DNA of 64,000 bases, taken from Planctomycetota bacterium (lineage in GTDB: Bacteria; Planctomycetota; GCA-002687715; CAIWVZ01). Every line of letters begins with the position of its first letter. The first letter of the stretch is position 1. The translations under genes and the position numbers were made by a program. The stretch lies in the NCBI GenBank assembly GCA_044222185.1, contig JBGANV010000004.1:160001-224000 (forward strand). Reading direction: 5' to 3'. Shown in pieces: positions 12,401 through 21,976 of the stretch. The notes beneath the pieces were generated by a model. It did no database searches. It had not been told where the DNA came from and saw nothing but the letters and a program-made list of their open reading frames with translations.

Positions 12401-15400
12401 GAGCAGGAGGACGACTCCGACGAATGGGCAGCGCGGAACCTCAACGACTTCCAGCAGTACTTCTCCCGGCTTCGGGAGGGCTTCTTGTGCGCGGCGGCGG
12501 ATGCGCGGATCGACCGCCTGATCGATGACGAGCGCGCGCTCCTCGACGCCGACCTGAAGGCTCTCGACGCGAAACCCGTCAGCGGCGACGAGGTCCGGAC
12601 ACTGAAGAGTTGTCCACGTGTCGAGCATCGTTCTGGGTTGTTGCGGACCGCGCTGCTCACGCGCGGACGGATCGCCGATGCGGAGGCGATCGACCTCGCC
12701 GTCCTCGCCCGGTTCCCGAAGGACGAGGACGCGGTTACGGCGATCCTGGATCCGCGCAAGACGCGTGGCTTGCGTGACGGCATCCGGCGATTTCTCGAGA
12801 GGTCGCCCCTGGAGGGCGAGGCCCGGGAGAAGGCCGCTGCGCGATACGGCGTTGCGGCAGTTGGAAAGGACGAGGGACAACTGGGGCTGCGGGACGTCGT
12901 CTCGAGGCTCGGTCCCATGGTGATCTCGGGCGACACGTCGCGCGCGGCGCCGTTGATCCGAAGCCTGGGGCCCGTGGTGGCGACGAAGGACGACCTTCCA
13001 TACCTGGAGCTGCTCACCTCGGTTGCCGTTCACCTGGGAGATGAGACTGCCGTTCTCCAGACGGCTCGGACGGCTCTCCTTGGATTCATGAAGCTCTCGA
13101 AGAGCTGGGAGGATCGCAACCGCGCCATGAATCTCATCGAGTCGGCGCGGCGTGTTCTCTCGAAGGAGAACTTCGACGCGCTCATCGATCAGTGCGTCGC
13201 CATCGTGTCGAACGACGACAAGCTGATGCGGGACCTCGACTACTTCCTCGTCGAGCTGCAGGAGAAGGCGAAGCGTCCGCTCTTCAGCACGGACGTGATC
13301 AAGAAGCGGATCGAGGCTTCCTTGGCGCAGAACCCGTGGATGCTCAACACGCTCGCCAGTCTCGCGCCACCGGAGTCGAGGGTTGCTCTGTTGCGGCAGT
13401 ACCTTCCGAAGGTGCCCCAGTCCGAGCAGGCGATGATCGTCCGGCAGCTCTTCTACATGGACGAGGAGGGCGACGGACCCGCCAAGGATGTTCTCGAATT
13501 CGCCACGGAGTTCATCGAGGACGATCGATCGAACACTGATCCGAACGAAACTCGATATCTCCTGTCCGAGCTGCTCGACATGGACATGCTCGCGCCGGCC
13601 GTCGTCCTCCGCGTCATCACCAAGCTTGCGGCGAAGTCGGCGAGCGACCCTGGCATTGGGATGATCCTGGCGGCTGCGCGCGTTCGTGCCGGCGACCAGG
13701 ATGGCGCGATCGCTGCGATCAAGGCGTGCGCCGGAACGAAGGTCGAGCGCAACATGCGCTGGACGGTGACGAGCGGGATCGAATCCATCGCGACGACGAT
13801 CCGGGCGAAGGACCGCGCCGCGTTCATCGCGGCGCTGGAGAAGATCCGAACCCAGGAGACGGCAGATCTCGTCGGGCAGATCGAGACGGAGCTCGTGAGC
13901 CGGATCCAGGACCCGTCGGAGCGGGCGCGCGTCATGGACGAGTTCGCCAAGATCGATCCCAATCGCGTCGAGGTCGTCGAGTTCCGCTCGCGTGACGTGT
14001 ACGAGCGGGGAGACGCGCGCGCGATCCTCCGCGTCCACGAAGAACTGCTCGGCCTCGACAAGGACAAGGCTCGCCAGCAGCGCTCGTTACAGGGGTTCTG
14101 GTCCGGCCGACGCAATCCGATCCGGGCCGAGGCCGCGAAGACCGCCGCCGACCAGGGCGGGGATGCCGCGAATGCCGACGACTTCACGGTCGGCATCACG
14201 GCCGATGCCGCCGCCGACGATCAGGTCGATGGTCCCATGCTCCCCGGCACGAGCACGAAGACGATCGAGAAGGCCGTCGAACAGAAGCGGGAGGATCTGG
14301 CGCGTGCCATGTACCGCCGGTCGTGGCGTGGGCTCGGGTTCGGTGGCGACGGAGCCGGGCGCGTCTTCTACTCGCGGAGGTATGGCGGGTGGGGCGGTCG
14401 GGCGTCGACTCCCTTCAAGGGCGGTCTCGACCCCTATCTTCGCGATGACGACAAGCCTGAGTCCCGACCGGCGACGCTGGACGAGGTCATCCTGGATCGG
14501 CCGTGGGGTCGCGAGGAGATCTCCCGCCGCCTGCGGGCGCAATCGGAAGACGTTGGGTCGGACAAGGACCTGATGCGCGTGGCATATCAGGCGGAGACGC
14601 GCCCGAGCGGGGCTGCCGATGCCGTTCGGCGTTGGAATGAGCGTCGTCGCTCGGGTGAAGCCGGCGTTCTGGAGTCGCGCCTCATCCTCGAGGATTTCGA
14701 CGTCCGGCCCGAGTCGACGTCGGCGGAAGGTCGAGCGCTGTTCGAGGACGTCGCGGCGGCGGTCGATCCGCTGGATGCCAACCAGCTCCGCATCGTGGCT
14801 CGCATCCGCGCCCGCCTCGGCGACGAGACCCGGACGGCTCGGATCCTCGAATGGTGCGGGTCGATCAACAGTGGCTACGACCGGTACTCGTACTACGCTG
14901 ACGAATCGGACGCAGGCAGCCTGGTCGACGAAGCCATCCGCCTCCTCAAGGGCGACGCACTCGTCAAGACCGTCGACGCGCTGCTGAAGAAGACCGCGAC
15001 CGTCGAAGACGAATCGGAGCGGGATGGCGTGGGCGCCACCGCCATCGACACGTGGGAGAAGGTCGGCGGCCCCGAACTCGCACTGAAGAAGTGCGAGAGC
15101 CTCGTGCGCCGCGCGCAGTCCGACAAGCCCGTCCGACTTCGCAACCTCGCCATCCGGGCCGCGCGGCTGCTCGCGCATCTCGGCCGAACGGACGAGGCAC
15201 TCGCGCTCGCCGAGCTGGCGCTGTGCAATCCGCCCGCCGGCGACGCGCCGGAGTCGCGCCCGCACCTGCCGCGCAGGCTCCGCTGGCTCAGTCAGTCCAC
15301 GGGAATCAACGGCGACATCGCCACCGTGCTGCTCCAGGCCAAGCCCAAGGCGAAGGTCGATCTGACGTCGTTCTACCTGGCGTTCGTTGCCAAGGCCGAC

Positions 15401-15868
15401 GACTGGCAGAAGCGCCGCTACATCGAGGAGGGGACGGCGGATCGCTATCGCGCGGTGGCATTCGTGCGGCTCGTGAAGGCCGGCAAGGTGGAGGAGGCCC
15501 GTGCGACGATCGCACCGCTGACGGCGAAGGCGGCGGCGTCCAATCACGCCGCCCACGTCGCCATCGACGCCGCGCGCCTTCTCGGCGACGAAGCCGGCGC
15601 GCGCAGGCTCGAGGACGAACTGCTCCAGTCTCATCGGCTGTACGTGACGCGGATCTGCGACGTCCTGAAGCGGGTTCGGACGATGGACGGAGATGAAGCG
15701 ACCCTCGCACGAGCGGAAGACATCGCGACGACCACGCTCCACCCGGACCTCGTGGCGTTGCTGATCGACCTCTCCGACAAGCTGAAGAAGCCCGACCGTC
15801 TCGAGCACTGGAAGGCGACGAAAGTCGCAGCGGAGGCCGCTGCGAAACGCCTGAACATGACGTGGTGA
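9437..15868 (+). CDS. Giant (2143 aa) secreted TPR/alpha-solenoid protein
   Basis: Long ORF with signal peptide (..LAGIVATGCLG-QED) and many TPR-like repeats (e.g. AVRAYRRGLALRPERIDGWLLLA); 12 bp after the vWA gene. Confidence 0.8.
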   Translation: MTLRSHGFVAWTLAGIVATGCLGQEDTRPTVLPEGVRLAMDRALADRTAGQSQWEDVVTKCLGGLGDASLLVHELESAAEASDSARSFAAHRGLVCVLKREGRLQDALRHADRALALVPDPALELDRAHLLDATGDAEKALAAYDKLLASAKDRETLEHVGIRRALLKASMSPPVAPDSRPTKDEPSEFFTFASQPGRDEEFRNRAAVVLAMLGRPKEAIQLYTAHGDGRDRFRQEVRLAEWSLAAKAAADAQVHAWNAYESATVKRDRLFALTILVESHRADKSLPKLIDRFAAKTTIDAEARQTWIDLLRETSRVDEAMRLFRASADGASFTPDMRRQLLEMCREAGRETELVATYRQLITDEPERIEWREGLSRYLLERGDRDGARSIWKDYVARFTDIAHRMEAARTARMLGLEDVARATVETCLAADAFHAGEARLFLAEMEQKGGHAEKALAQLDLLDKEAPADSPERVRLAEALERVGEKKRAADVLKALCDRRGGDQAEEDLEMRLAWLLSETGDEKAALDRWKNLWRRVQSVPRRRQVEDRLMATASRLGVLGDIAVELEEKLVNGTADDRESGLLTRLYGKVGDAVSAAEVVEEHLKRKGKDEIAVLEEKAQVYLAGKDYYRFEKSVKRLIEVDVDRRGDHMRRLAMSNLERGRPAEAKAVLDSLAQEEGAADAAEFEAGALSLSGLKDDAVRAYRRGLALRPERIDGWLLLANVMRDLGEARAATGMFQHLAETADKDDLFTIAIDGVLNMRADATVMKWARRVTLERLARKHDRMYLFQLYADLSDEVKDTAGGARALENALPVAGEQRGALLRELMDSTKGRETGGYIIVNGMLQPMRKKGGEERMLAYGRRLIGLGDVLPPQVFLELGQSFLGLKDVVSASKTFDRARDVTDFGAFRRQVASTFEQAGYAKAALSEYERVMASEAQSPALLVKTGELNETLGKDERAAELYAEGLRLLLAGHPLFGDAVPKKDKEQEDDSDEWAARNLNDFQQYFSRLREGFLCAAADARIDRLIDDERALLDADLKALDAKPVSGDEVRTLKSCPRVEHRSGLLRTALLTRGRIADAEAIDLAVLARFPKDEDAVTAILDPRKTRGLRDGIRRFLERSPLEGEAREKAAARYGVAAVGKDEGQLGLRDVVSRLGPMVISGDTSRAAPLIRSLGPVVATKDDLPYLELLTSVAVHLGDETAVLQTARTALLGFMKLSKSWEDRNRAMNLIESARRVLSKENFDALIDQCVAIVSNDDKLMRDLDYFLVELQEKAKRPLFSTDVIKKRIEASLAQNPWMLNTLASLAPPESRVALLRQYLPKVPQSEQAMIVRQLFYMDEEGDGPAKDVLEFATEFIEDDRSNTDPNETRYLLSELLDMDMLAPAVVLRVITKLAAKSASDPGIGMILAAARVRAGDQDGAIAAIKACAGTKVERNMRWTVTSGIESIATTIRAKDRAAFIAALEKIRTQETADLVGQIETELVSRIQDPSERARVMDEFAKIDPNRVEVVEFRSRDVYERGDARAILRVHEELLGLDKDKARQQRSLQGFWSGRRNPIRAEAAKTAADQGGDAANADDFTVGITADAAADDQVDGPMLPGTSTKTIEKAVEQKREDLARAMYRRSWRGLGFGGDGAGRVFYSRRYGGWGGRASTPFKGGLDPYLRDDDKPESRPATLDEVILDRPWGREEISRRLRAQSEDVGSDKDLMRVAYQAETRPSGAADAVRRWNERRRSGEAGVLESRLILEDFDVRPESTSAEGRALFEDVAAAVDPLDANQLRIVARIRARLGDETRTARILEWCGSINSGYDRYSYYADESDAGSLVDEAIRLLKGDALVKTVDALLKKTATVEDESERDGVGATAIDTWEKVGGPELALKKCESLVRRAQSDKPVRLRNLAIRAARLLAHLGRTDEALALAELALCNPPAGDAPESRPHLPRRLRWLSQSTGINGDIATVLLQAKPKAKVDLTSFYLAFVAKADDWQKRRYIEEGTADRYRAVAFVRLVKAGKVEEARATIAPLTAKAAASNHAAHVAIDAARLLGDEAGARRLEDELLQSHRLYVTRICDVLKRVRTMDGDEATLARAEDIATTTLHPDLVALLIDLSDKLKKPDRLEHWKATKVAAEAAAKRLNMTW

Positions 15869-15875
15869 GCGCCGC

Positions 15876-15895
15876 GGCACCGTCGCGATGGTGCC
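15876..15895 (+). terminator. GC-rich hairpin just after the TPR gene stop (possible terminator or stabiliser)
   Basis: GGCACCGT-CGCG-ATGGTGCC stem-loop 7 nt after TGA; no U-tract. Confidence 0.3.
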
Positions 15896-16222
15896 AGCGC
15901 CCGTGACGTGGACCGCAGACGCGTTCGGGGGCCAGCTCGCGTCGGCGGTGTCGGACCTCGGGTCTACGGCACAGAGCCCAAAGAGCGGGCCCGTCCCCAG
16001 TCCGGTCGTGGGCGCCTCGGCGCTGGAGCGCGTTCGCGTGACCGCGCCCCGCGACCATGTGCGAGAACGCGATGTGTCCTTTCGATCCGCCGCCGCCCGA
16101 TGATCGACCCGCCCACCTGCGACGGCATGCGCGCCGACCTGTGACCGGTCTGCATGGGGCGTTGGACTGCCGCGATGCTGGATCGCTACACTCCTCACGC
16201 CCTTCGGAAGGAAACTCATCGC

Positions 16223-18973
16223 ATGACCAGAGTCCCTCTCTCGATCGCCCTCTGCGTTCTCGTCATGACTGCGGTCGGTGCCCAGTCGGTCGCGCCTCCG
16301 ACGAGCGCTGGCGGCGGTTCTGGCGGGGCTTCCGGTCAGATCCTCTGGCAGCGCTCGCTCGAGGATGCCCAGGCGCTGGCGAAGGCTCTCGATCGGCCGA
16401 TCCTCATCGCCGTGAACATGGATGGAGAGAGCGCGAGCGATCGCATCACGCGCGAGATCTACCGTGACCCCGAGTTCGTGGCGGCGACGCGCAAGTGCGT
16501 GTGCCTGATGTCGAGCGCGTTTCGCCACAACCTGCGCGACTACGACGACGATGGTCGCCGCATTCCCTGCCCGCGTTTCGGCGAGATCACGTGCGGAGAG
16601 CACGTCGTTCTCGAGCCGATCATCTACAAGCGATATTTGTCCGATGCGGACCGCGTCGCGCCGCGCCACGCGCTGATCCTGCGCAACCGACAGAAGGCCT
16701 GGGATCTCTTCCTCAACTTCGATCTGCGGGACGTCAAGACGCAGTTCCTCGAGTCGATGAAGTCCGAGCCGGCCGTCGTCGAGCCCGAAACGAATCCGGT
16801 GAATGCACCGTGCACCGACGACGATTGGGCGCGATTGGCCTCGTGTCGCGACTGCAAGGGTCGCTCCGAGCTGGAGGCCGCGATCGCAGGCTGCCGCGGA
16901 CCGTCTCTCGTCATGGCGCTCGACGGCCTGCGCAAGCACGGCGATCCGGGTGCACTGGGCGCGTTCCGCGTGCTCGTCGCGAGCTTCGCCGATCGGGACG
17001 AGGACGAGCGTGAGCGGATCCTCGGCGCCGCTCACGATCTGGTTCTCGACTCGCAGGTCGCGGACGTCCTGCGGGAGCAAGTCCAATCGCTCGGGCGCAT
17101 CCCCTTCGACGGTCTTTCAGCCGGGCGCGATCTTCTCGTGTCCGCCATGGCACGCCTCGATCCGACGGCGCCGGAGGTCCGGCGGCTGGTCATCGCGGGT
17201 CGTGGGCTCGGCGGCTTGGATCGTGCAACGTCCGCCGTCATCACGCGCACGCACGATCCGGCAGTCGCGGCCCTGGTCGACGCGACGGTCGCTGCCCACG
17301 GCGCCGCGTTCTCGCTGGAGGCGGCGTTGCGTGCGGCGCGATCCGTCAGGGCGTCCGCCGCGCCCGGGACATTCCCGAAGCCGGGGCGGATCTCGGACGC
17401 CATGCCCGAACTCGCTGACCTCGAGCGCCTGGTCGCGGAGTGCAAGGCTGGCGCGCTGGCGCCCGGAGCCGAGCCCGGCGTCATCGCCCGGTACGCCAAG
17501 GCCTGTCTCGACCTCGGCCGGCGCAAGACGGAGGCGCAGGATCCCGCGGCCGACGCGTCGCTCGCGGACGCCGAGGCCGCATTCGCACGCGCGGTCGCGG
17601 CGAAGGCCGATGAGCCCGACTGGTGGATCGAGCGCGCGCGTACCGCGTACTTCCTCGGCCGCTACGACGACGAGGCGCGATTCGGCCGGCGCGCATTCGG
17701 GTTGATCACGCATGGGGATGGGTTCGATCTGCCAAGCGTCGAGAGGCCGCGGATCGACGACGCGACGCGCCGGATCCTCGGCGATGCCGACGCGGTCGAG
17801 GCGCTCCGGTGGATCGGTGACGGCCTGGCTCGGACCGTCGCCGAGCCGTCGGACGACAACCCGCCCGCCAGGGTCGGGGCCATCGTCGAGGCGTCGCGCG
17901 CGCTCGCGTGCGTGGCTGCGAGCGTCTACTCGGACGCCAACGACTGGCTCGGATTCGCCTCGTTTTTCGCGCGGCTCGGTTTTCAGCGCGAGCAGCTGGC
18001 CGTGATCATCGAGGCCGGTCGACGGTTGCCCGCATCGGCCGAGATCCGCGACGCCATGAATCGAGCGCTTTGGGATGGCGGTCGCATCGAACTCGCCGGC
18101 GAGCTGGCCGATGGACTCGAGAAGGTCCTCGGAGGCGGGGCCGAGGCCGCCTGGTTCTCGGGATACGCCTGGATGCTGGTGGCGGAGAACCAACGGCGCA
18201 CCGAGGCGTCGGATGCGGCCATCACGACCTACCAGAAGGCGATGGACCGTTTTGCGGAAGCTGCCGCGCACGCGGCGACGCAGGCGTCAGCGCGCCTGTT
18301 CACGGCTCTCTCCTGGTTCGGCCGTGGCATGGCGTGCGTGCGAGAGGATCGGCGCGACGATGCCGCGGAGTGTCTCGTGAAGGCCGTCGAGTCGGATCCC
18401 GCGGTCTCGTCGGGCCACGATGGGATGGGTTGCGACGTGCTCGACCTCACGGATCGGATCTTCGAGTGGCGGCAGACCGGTGCGAGCCGCGTCGACTCCG
18501 ACAAGCTCCTCGGTCGTCTCGAGGCGGCGAACCCGGGCAACCCGTTCTGGGCCGTGGCGGTCGCGGATGCAGAGCTCCGCGAAGCCCTCCGCGCGGATGG
18601 CCGCAACCCGGAGAAGGTCGAGCGCGAAACCGTCGACGCCGGGGGAAAGCCGATCCGAATGCTGATGGGTTTGCCGACCGAGGAGGGCGACGTCTACCTG
18701 AAGGCTTCGATCGCAGCCGCGCGCCGCGCGCGTGCGGCCACCGACACGGACGAGACGCGGCGTACACTCGCCCAATCCCTCACGATCTGGGGTGAGCGCA
18801 TGCTCGATCGCAAACGGGCGCTCGACGGGAAGGATGCGTTGATCGAGGCCGCCGAGGTCATGTCCCTGGACAAACCGTCCGACCCGACGGACCCGAAGGC
18901 GCTCACGGACGTGGCCGCGAGCCTGCGGTTCCTCCTGGGCGATGCGCGTCCCAAGCTTCGGCCAAGACGGTAG
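16223..18973 (+). CDS. Secreted protein with N-terminal thioredoxin-like domain (no CxxC) and TPR repeats
   Basis: Signal peptide; WQRSLEDAQALAKALDRPILIAVNMDGESAS resembles Thioredoxin_7; Cys/His cluster CPRFGEITCGEH; TPR-like helices. ATG 16223 has a GGAAGG SD. Confidence 0.7.
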   Translation: MTRVPLSIALCVLVMTAVGAQSVAPPTSAGGGSGGASGQILWQRSLEDAQALAKALDRPILIAVNMDGESASDRITREIYRDPEFVAATRKCVCLMSSAFRHNLRDYDDDGRRIPCPRFGEITCGEHVVLEPIIYKRYLSDADRVAPRHALILRNRQKAWDLFLNFDLRDVKTQFLESMKSEPAVVEPETNPVNAPCTDDDWARLASCRDCKGRSELEAAIAGCRGPSLVMALDGLRKHGDPGALGAFRVLVASFADRDEDERERILGAAHDLVLDSQVADVLREQVQSLGRIPFDGLSAGRDLLVSAMARLDPTAPEVRRLVIAGRGLGGLDRATSAVITRTHDPAVAALVDATVAAHGAAFSLEAALRAARSVRASAAPGTFPKPGRISDAMPELADLERLVAECKAGALAPGAEPGVIARYAKACLDLGRRKTEAQDPAADASLADAEAAFARAVAAKADEPDWWIERARTAYFLGRYDDEARFGRRAFGLITHGDGFDLPSVERPRIDDATRRILGDADAVEALRWIGDGLARTVAEPSDDNPPARVGAIVEASRALACVAASVYSDANDWLGFASFFARLGFQREQLAVIIEAGRRLPASAEIRDAMNRALWDGGRIELAGELADGLEKVLGGGAEAAWFSGYAWMLVAENQRRTEASDAAITTYQKAMDRFAEAAAHAATQASARLFTALSWFGRGMACVREDRRDDAAECLVKAVESDPAVSSGHDGMGCDVLDLTDRIFEWRQTGASRVDSDKLLGRLEAANPGNPFWAVAVADAELREALRADGRNPEKVERETVDAGGKPIRMLMGLPTEEGDVYLKASIAAARRARAATDTDETRRTLAQSLTIWGERMLDRKRALDGKDALIEAAEVMSLDKPSDPTDPKALTDVAASLRFLLGDARPKLRPRR

Positions 18974-18988
18974 GGCTCCGCCTCCGAC

Positions 18989-20119
18989 TCACCCGCGCCC
19001 GTCCGCGAGCCAGAGCCCCAGGTAGAGGAATTGGGGCACCCAGTGGGAGACGGTGACGAACGGCCCCGCCCACGCCTCTTCCCGTTCCATGCAGAGGCGG
19101 AGCCGGGCCTGGAACGCGGCGCGCGCCGCGTCCGCGCCGCCACCCGCATCGAAGCCGAGGGGCCAGAGGACGGAGATCTGCGCGCCGAGGAGGTGGCAGT
19201 TCCCGAGGGTGATCGTCGCGGGCGGCGGAACGAACGCGGGGGGAACGAACGGGCGAACGCTCGCGTTCGCGGCGTCGGATCCACTGAGGCGTGCGCCGAG
19301 CGCCGCGACGGCGGGCAGATGAAGGAACTCGTAGGTGTTCACCGGGCGTGACGTCGTGGCCCGCGCGGCGAGCACCGCCGCGATCTCCGGCAGCCGGCGC
19401 TGGAAGATGGCGCGCACGCGCGCCGCCGTCTCGGGGCGTGTCGGATGACCGAGCTGAACGAGGATCAGCGGCCACAGCGCGGAGTCGTACGTTCCGCTCA
19501 TCCATTGGTCGCGCGGGATGCGCCGCGTTGCGACGCGAGTCGTGGTTCGCGATGCCGGGCGTGACGCCGGTCGAGATGCGCCGTCGTCGACACCGGGATC
19601 CGGTGCCTGCTCCGCGAACGTGAGCAACCGATCCTCGATGCTCGCCGCGAATCCCCGGGCCGACATCCGCAAGTCGTCGGATGCCGTGTCACGGGCAACC
19701 TCGTCGAGGAGGAGGAACAGCCACGCCTCTGCGTATGCGCCCAGCAGGGCCTTCTCCCGACTTCCCTCGACGTACGCGCGTTCGTTCGCGAGGGAGGCGA
19801 TCGTGAACTGCCCCATCAGCCTGTCGAGTTCCGCCCGGTCGCCGATCCTGCGTGCCCAGTTGAGGAGCGCCCACCACGCGGCGATGTTCGAGTGCCGGTC
19901 GTAGGAACCGGTGAACATGGTGGGGTGCCCCTCGACGACCGGGTCATTCCGCAGTCGGCCCGTGGGCTTCTCCTGGTGCAGCGCGTCGGCCATGAGCGTT
20001 CGCAGTCGCGGGACGCGCGCCGCGAGATCGGCGTCGAGCCACGAGCAGAACGGCCGCGAGTCCTGCGCCAGCGCAACGCACGAAACGACCGACATCAGTA
20101 AGAAGTACCGGCTGCGCAC
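18989..20119 (-). CDS. DUF2891-like secreted protein
   Basis: HPTMFTGSYDRHS...WWAL, NCHLLG and VSHWVPQF match the remembered DUF2891 motifs (HPxFxGxxDWHS, HLxGLN, HWLxxF). GTG 20119 has a GGAG SD and a signal peptide. Confidence 0.65.
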   Translation of the reverse strand: MRSRYFLLMSVVSCVALAQDSRPFCSWLDADLAARVPRLRTLMADALHQEKPTGRLRNDPVVEGHPTMFTGSYDRHSNIAAWWALLNWARRIGDRAELDRLMGQFTIASLANERAYVEGSREKALLGAYAEAWLFLLLDEVARDTASDDLRMSARGFAASIEDRLLTFAEQAPDPGVDDGASRPASRPASRTTTRVATRRIPRDQWMSGTYDSALWPLILVQLGHPTRPETAARVRAIFQRRLPEIAAVLAARATTSRPVNTYEFLHLPAVAALGARLSGSDAANASVRPFVPPAFVPPPATITLGNCHLLGAQISVLWPLGFDAGGGADAARAAFQARLRLCMEREEAWAGPFVTVSHWVPQFLYLGLWLADGRG

Positions 20120-20402
20120 GGGGGTCTCCGCTCGTGCCCGGCGACGCCGGCAGGGGCCCGACGGCAGCGGGGACGGCTCGTTGCGGCTTGTCAGATGCGA
20201 GCTTAGGAGCGGACGGGGGGGAGCGGAACGGGATTCGCCCCACCGTTCGCCCGGCCACCCGGCTGCTGCGTCCGACAATCCATTCCTCGCGGCACAGGCC
20301 TCGGGATTCCTCCGTACAATGCCGCCTCGGTTGGAATTCGCGCGCGCATTCACCTGGTGGTCGCTGCGTGCGCGTCGGCTCGCTGGTCTCGAGGAAGTCC
20401 GC

Positions 20403-21905
20403 ATGATTCGTTTCCATCTCGTCGTTCTGACGGCGCTGCTTTGCGCCGCGCTCCCTCTCCATGGACAGTCCACGCTCTACGTCACGGCGGGCGCCGCGTC
20501 GCCGGGAACTGGATCGTTGGCGTCTCCGTTCCCGTCGATCCAAGTGGCGATCAACGCTGCAACCAGCGGTGACACGATCGAAGTGTCGGCTGGAACCTAC
20601 GCCGAGCACGTGAACTTCCTCGGCAAGCGTCTCGTGCTGCGGGCGTCCGATCGCGCGCGTCGAACCGTGATCGACGCGGGTGGCACGGGAACGGCCGTCT
20701 CCCTGGTCAACGGCGAGGCGCCCGGTACCACGATCGAAGGGTTCACGATTCGCAACGGGCTCGGGGCCGCGGGCGCGGGTTCGCCCCCGGCTCCCGGGGT
20801 TGCTGGCGGTCTTGCGCTGTCCGGGGCCACCGTGCTGGTTCGCGGCTGCGTGTTCCTCGACAACACGGGCGGGCGCGGCGGTGATGCTCTCGATGAGTTC
20901 ACGTGCGCAGCGCCCGGGGCCTCGGGCGGCATCGGAGGATTCGGCGCGCTGACGCTCGTGAACTGCGGCTTCGTTCGCAACCACGGCGGCGCGTCCGGGA
21001 TCTCCGGGATTCCGTGCATGACGAGCGGCAGTGCCGGCGCCGTGCAGGTGCAGGGGTCGGTCTTGATCGTGCACTGCACGTTCTCGGCGAACGTCGGCGG
21101 GACGTCGCAATGGTGCCCTGGCGGAGCCGGCGGCGTCGTCGCCGGTCCGTCGTCGATCGTGACGATCGAGAACTCGATCCTTTGGGCGGATGCCGGTGGT
21201 GCAGGCACGACGGTCGGGGCGGGCGAGGTGGCTGGACCGGCCACCGTCGCGTGGAGCGACGTGGCGGGCGGGTTCTCGGGGCTGGGCAACATCGACTCCA
21301 ATCCCATGTTCGTCGCCGGGCCGCTCACCCTCGCACCGGGGGACCCGTCATGGGACATCCATCTGCGCCTCGACTCGCCGTGCCGCGACAGCGTGTTTCC
21401 GCCAACCGGCGGATATCCCGAGCGTGACCTGGACGGCGATGCGCGCGTCGCGAACCAGGCCGCGGACATGGGAGCTGACGAGGTCCTCGGCGGCAACGGA
21501 ACGTCGCCGGCCGCCACCGCTCTCACGTGCTTCATCAACGGCAACGACAACCCGAACGTCCTCCAACGCGTCGTCAACGCCGGCGACACCATCGCCGTGA
21601 GCTTCACATCGCCCATCTTCGTCGGGTATCCGGCCCTGCTCGCTCTGCAGATCTACGTCGACGGACATCCGCCGGCGGGAATCGCCGGGGTATTCCACCT
21701 CGATCCCGCGGTGACGATCCCGTTCTACGGAGCCCTGGCGCCGAACTTCGGAGGAGCGCTCATGACACCCTGGGGCGTCAACTTCAGCTTCGCGGCGCCG
21801 CCCGGCGTCGCGGGCCTGGACGTTCGGGTGCAGGGCGTTTCGTGGGTGCCGGATCCGCAGGCGCCGTTCTGGCCGACCGTCGCGCTCGATCTCCAGTTCC
21901 GTTGA
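20403..21905 (+). CDS. Secreted right-handed beta-helix (DUF1565/pectin-lyase-like) protein with C-terminal beta domain
   Basis: Signal peptide; GSLASPFPSIQVAINAATSGDTIEVSAGTYAE; NIDSNPMF...LRLDSPCRD...DLDGDAR...DMGADE anchor-like motif. Confidence 0.8.
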   Translation: MIRFHLVVLTALLCAALPLHGQSTLYVTAGAASPGTGSLASPFPSIQVAINAATSGDTIEVSAGTYAEHVNFLGKRLVLRASDRARRTVIDAGGTGTAVSLVNGEAPGTTIEGFTIRNGLGAAGAGSPPAPGVAGGLALSGATVLVRGCVFLDNTGGRGGDALDEFTCAAPGASGGIGGFGALTLVNCGFVRNHGGASGISGIPCMTSGSAGAVQVQGSVLIVHCTFSANVGGTSQWCPGGAGGVVAGPSSIVTIENSILWADAGGAGTTVGAGEVAGPATVAWSDVAGGFSGLGNIDSNPMFVAGPLTLAPGDPSWDIHLRLDSPCRDSVFPPTGGYPERDLDGDARVANQAADMGADEVLGGNGTSPAATALTCFINGNDNPNVLQRVVNAGDTIAVSFTSPIFVGYPALLALQIYVDGHPPAGIAGVFHLDPAVTIPFYGALAPNFGGALMTPWGVNFSFAAPPGVAGLDVRVQGVSWVPDPQAPFWPTVALDLQFR

Positions 21906-21976
21906 TCGCGTGAGCGTTCGCGACGGCCACGCTCGGCCGTCGCGGTGACGCATGGTGTGGTAACCTGCCGCCCGCC

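Noticed and set aside
15869-16222. Small ORFs or an RNA in the 350-bp gap
   Set aside because: No recognisable protein motif, SD or RNA family; only one hairpin and a candidate promoter.
6979-17086. Very long alternative-frame ORFs (6979-10554 +, 9971-14038 -, 14087-17086 -) and similar ones at 50285-52885 and 59980-62718
   Set aside because: Arg/Ala/Pro-rich shadow ORFs typical of high-GC DNA, overlapping genes with clear family motifs.
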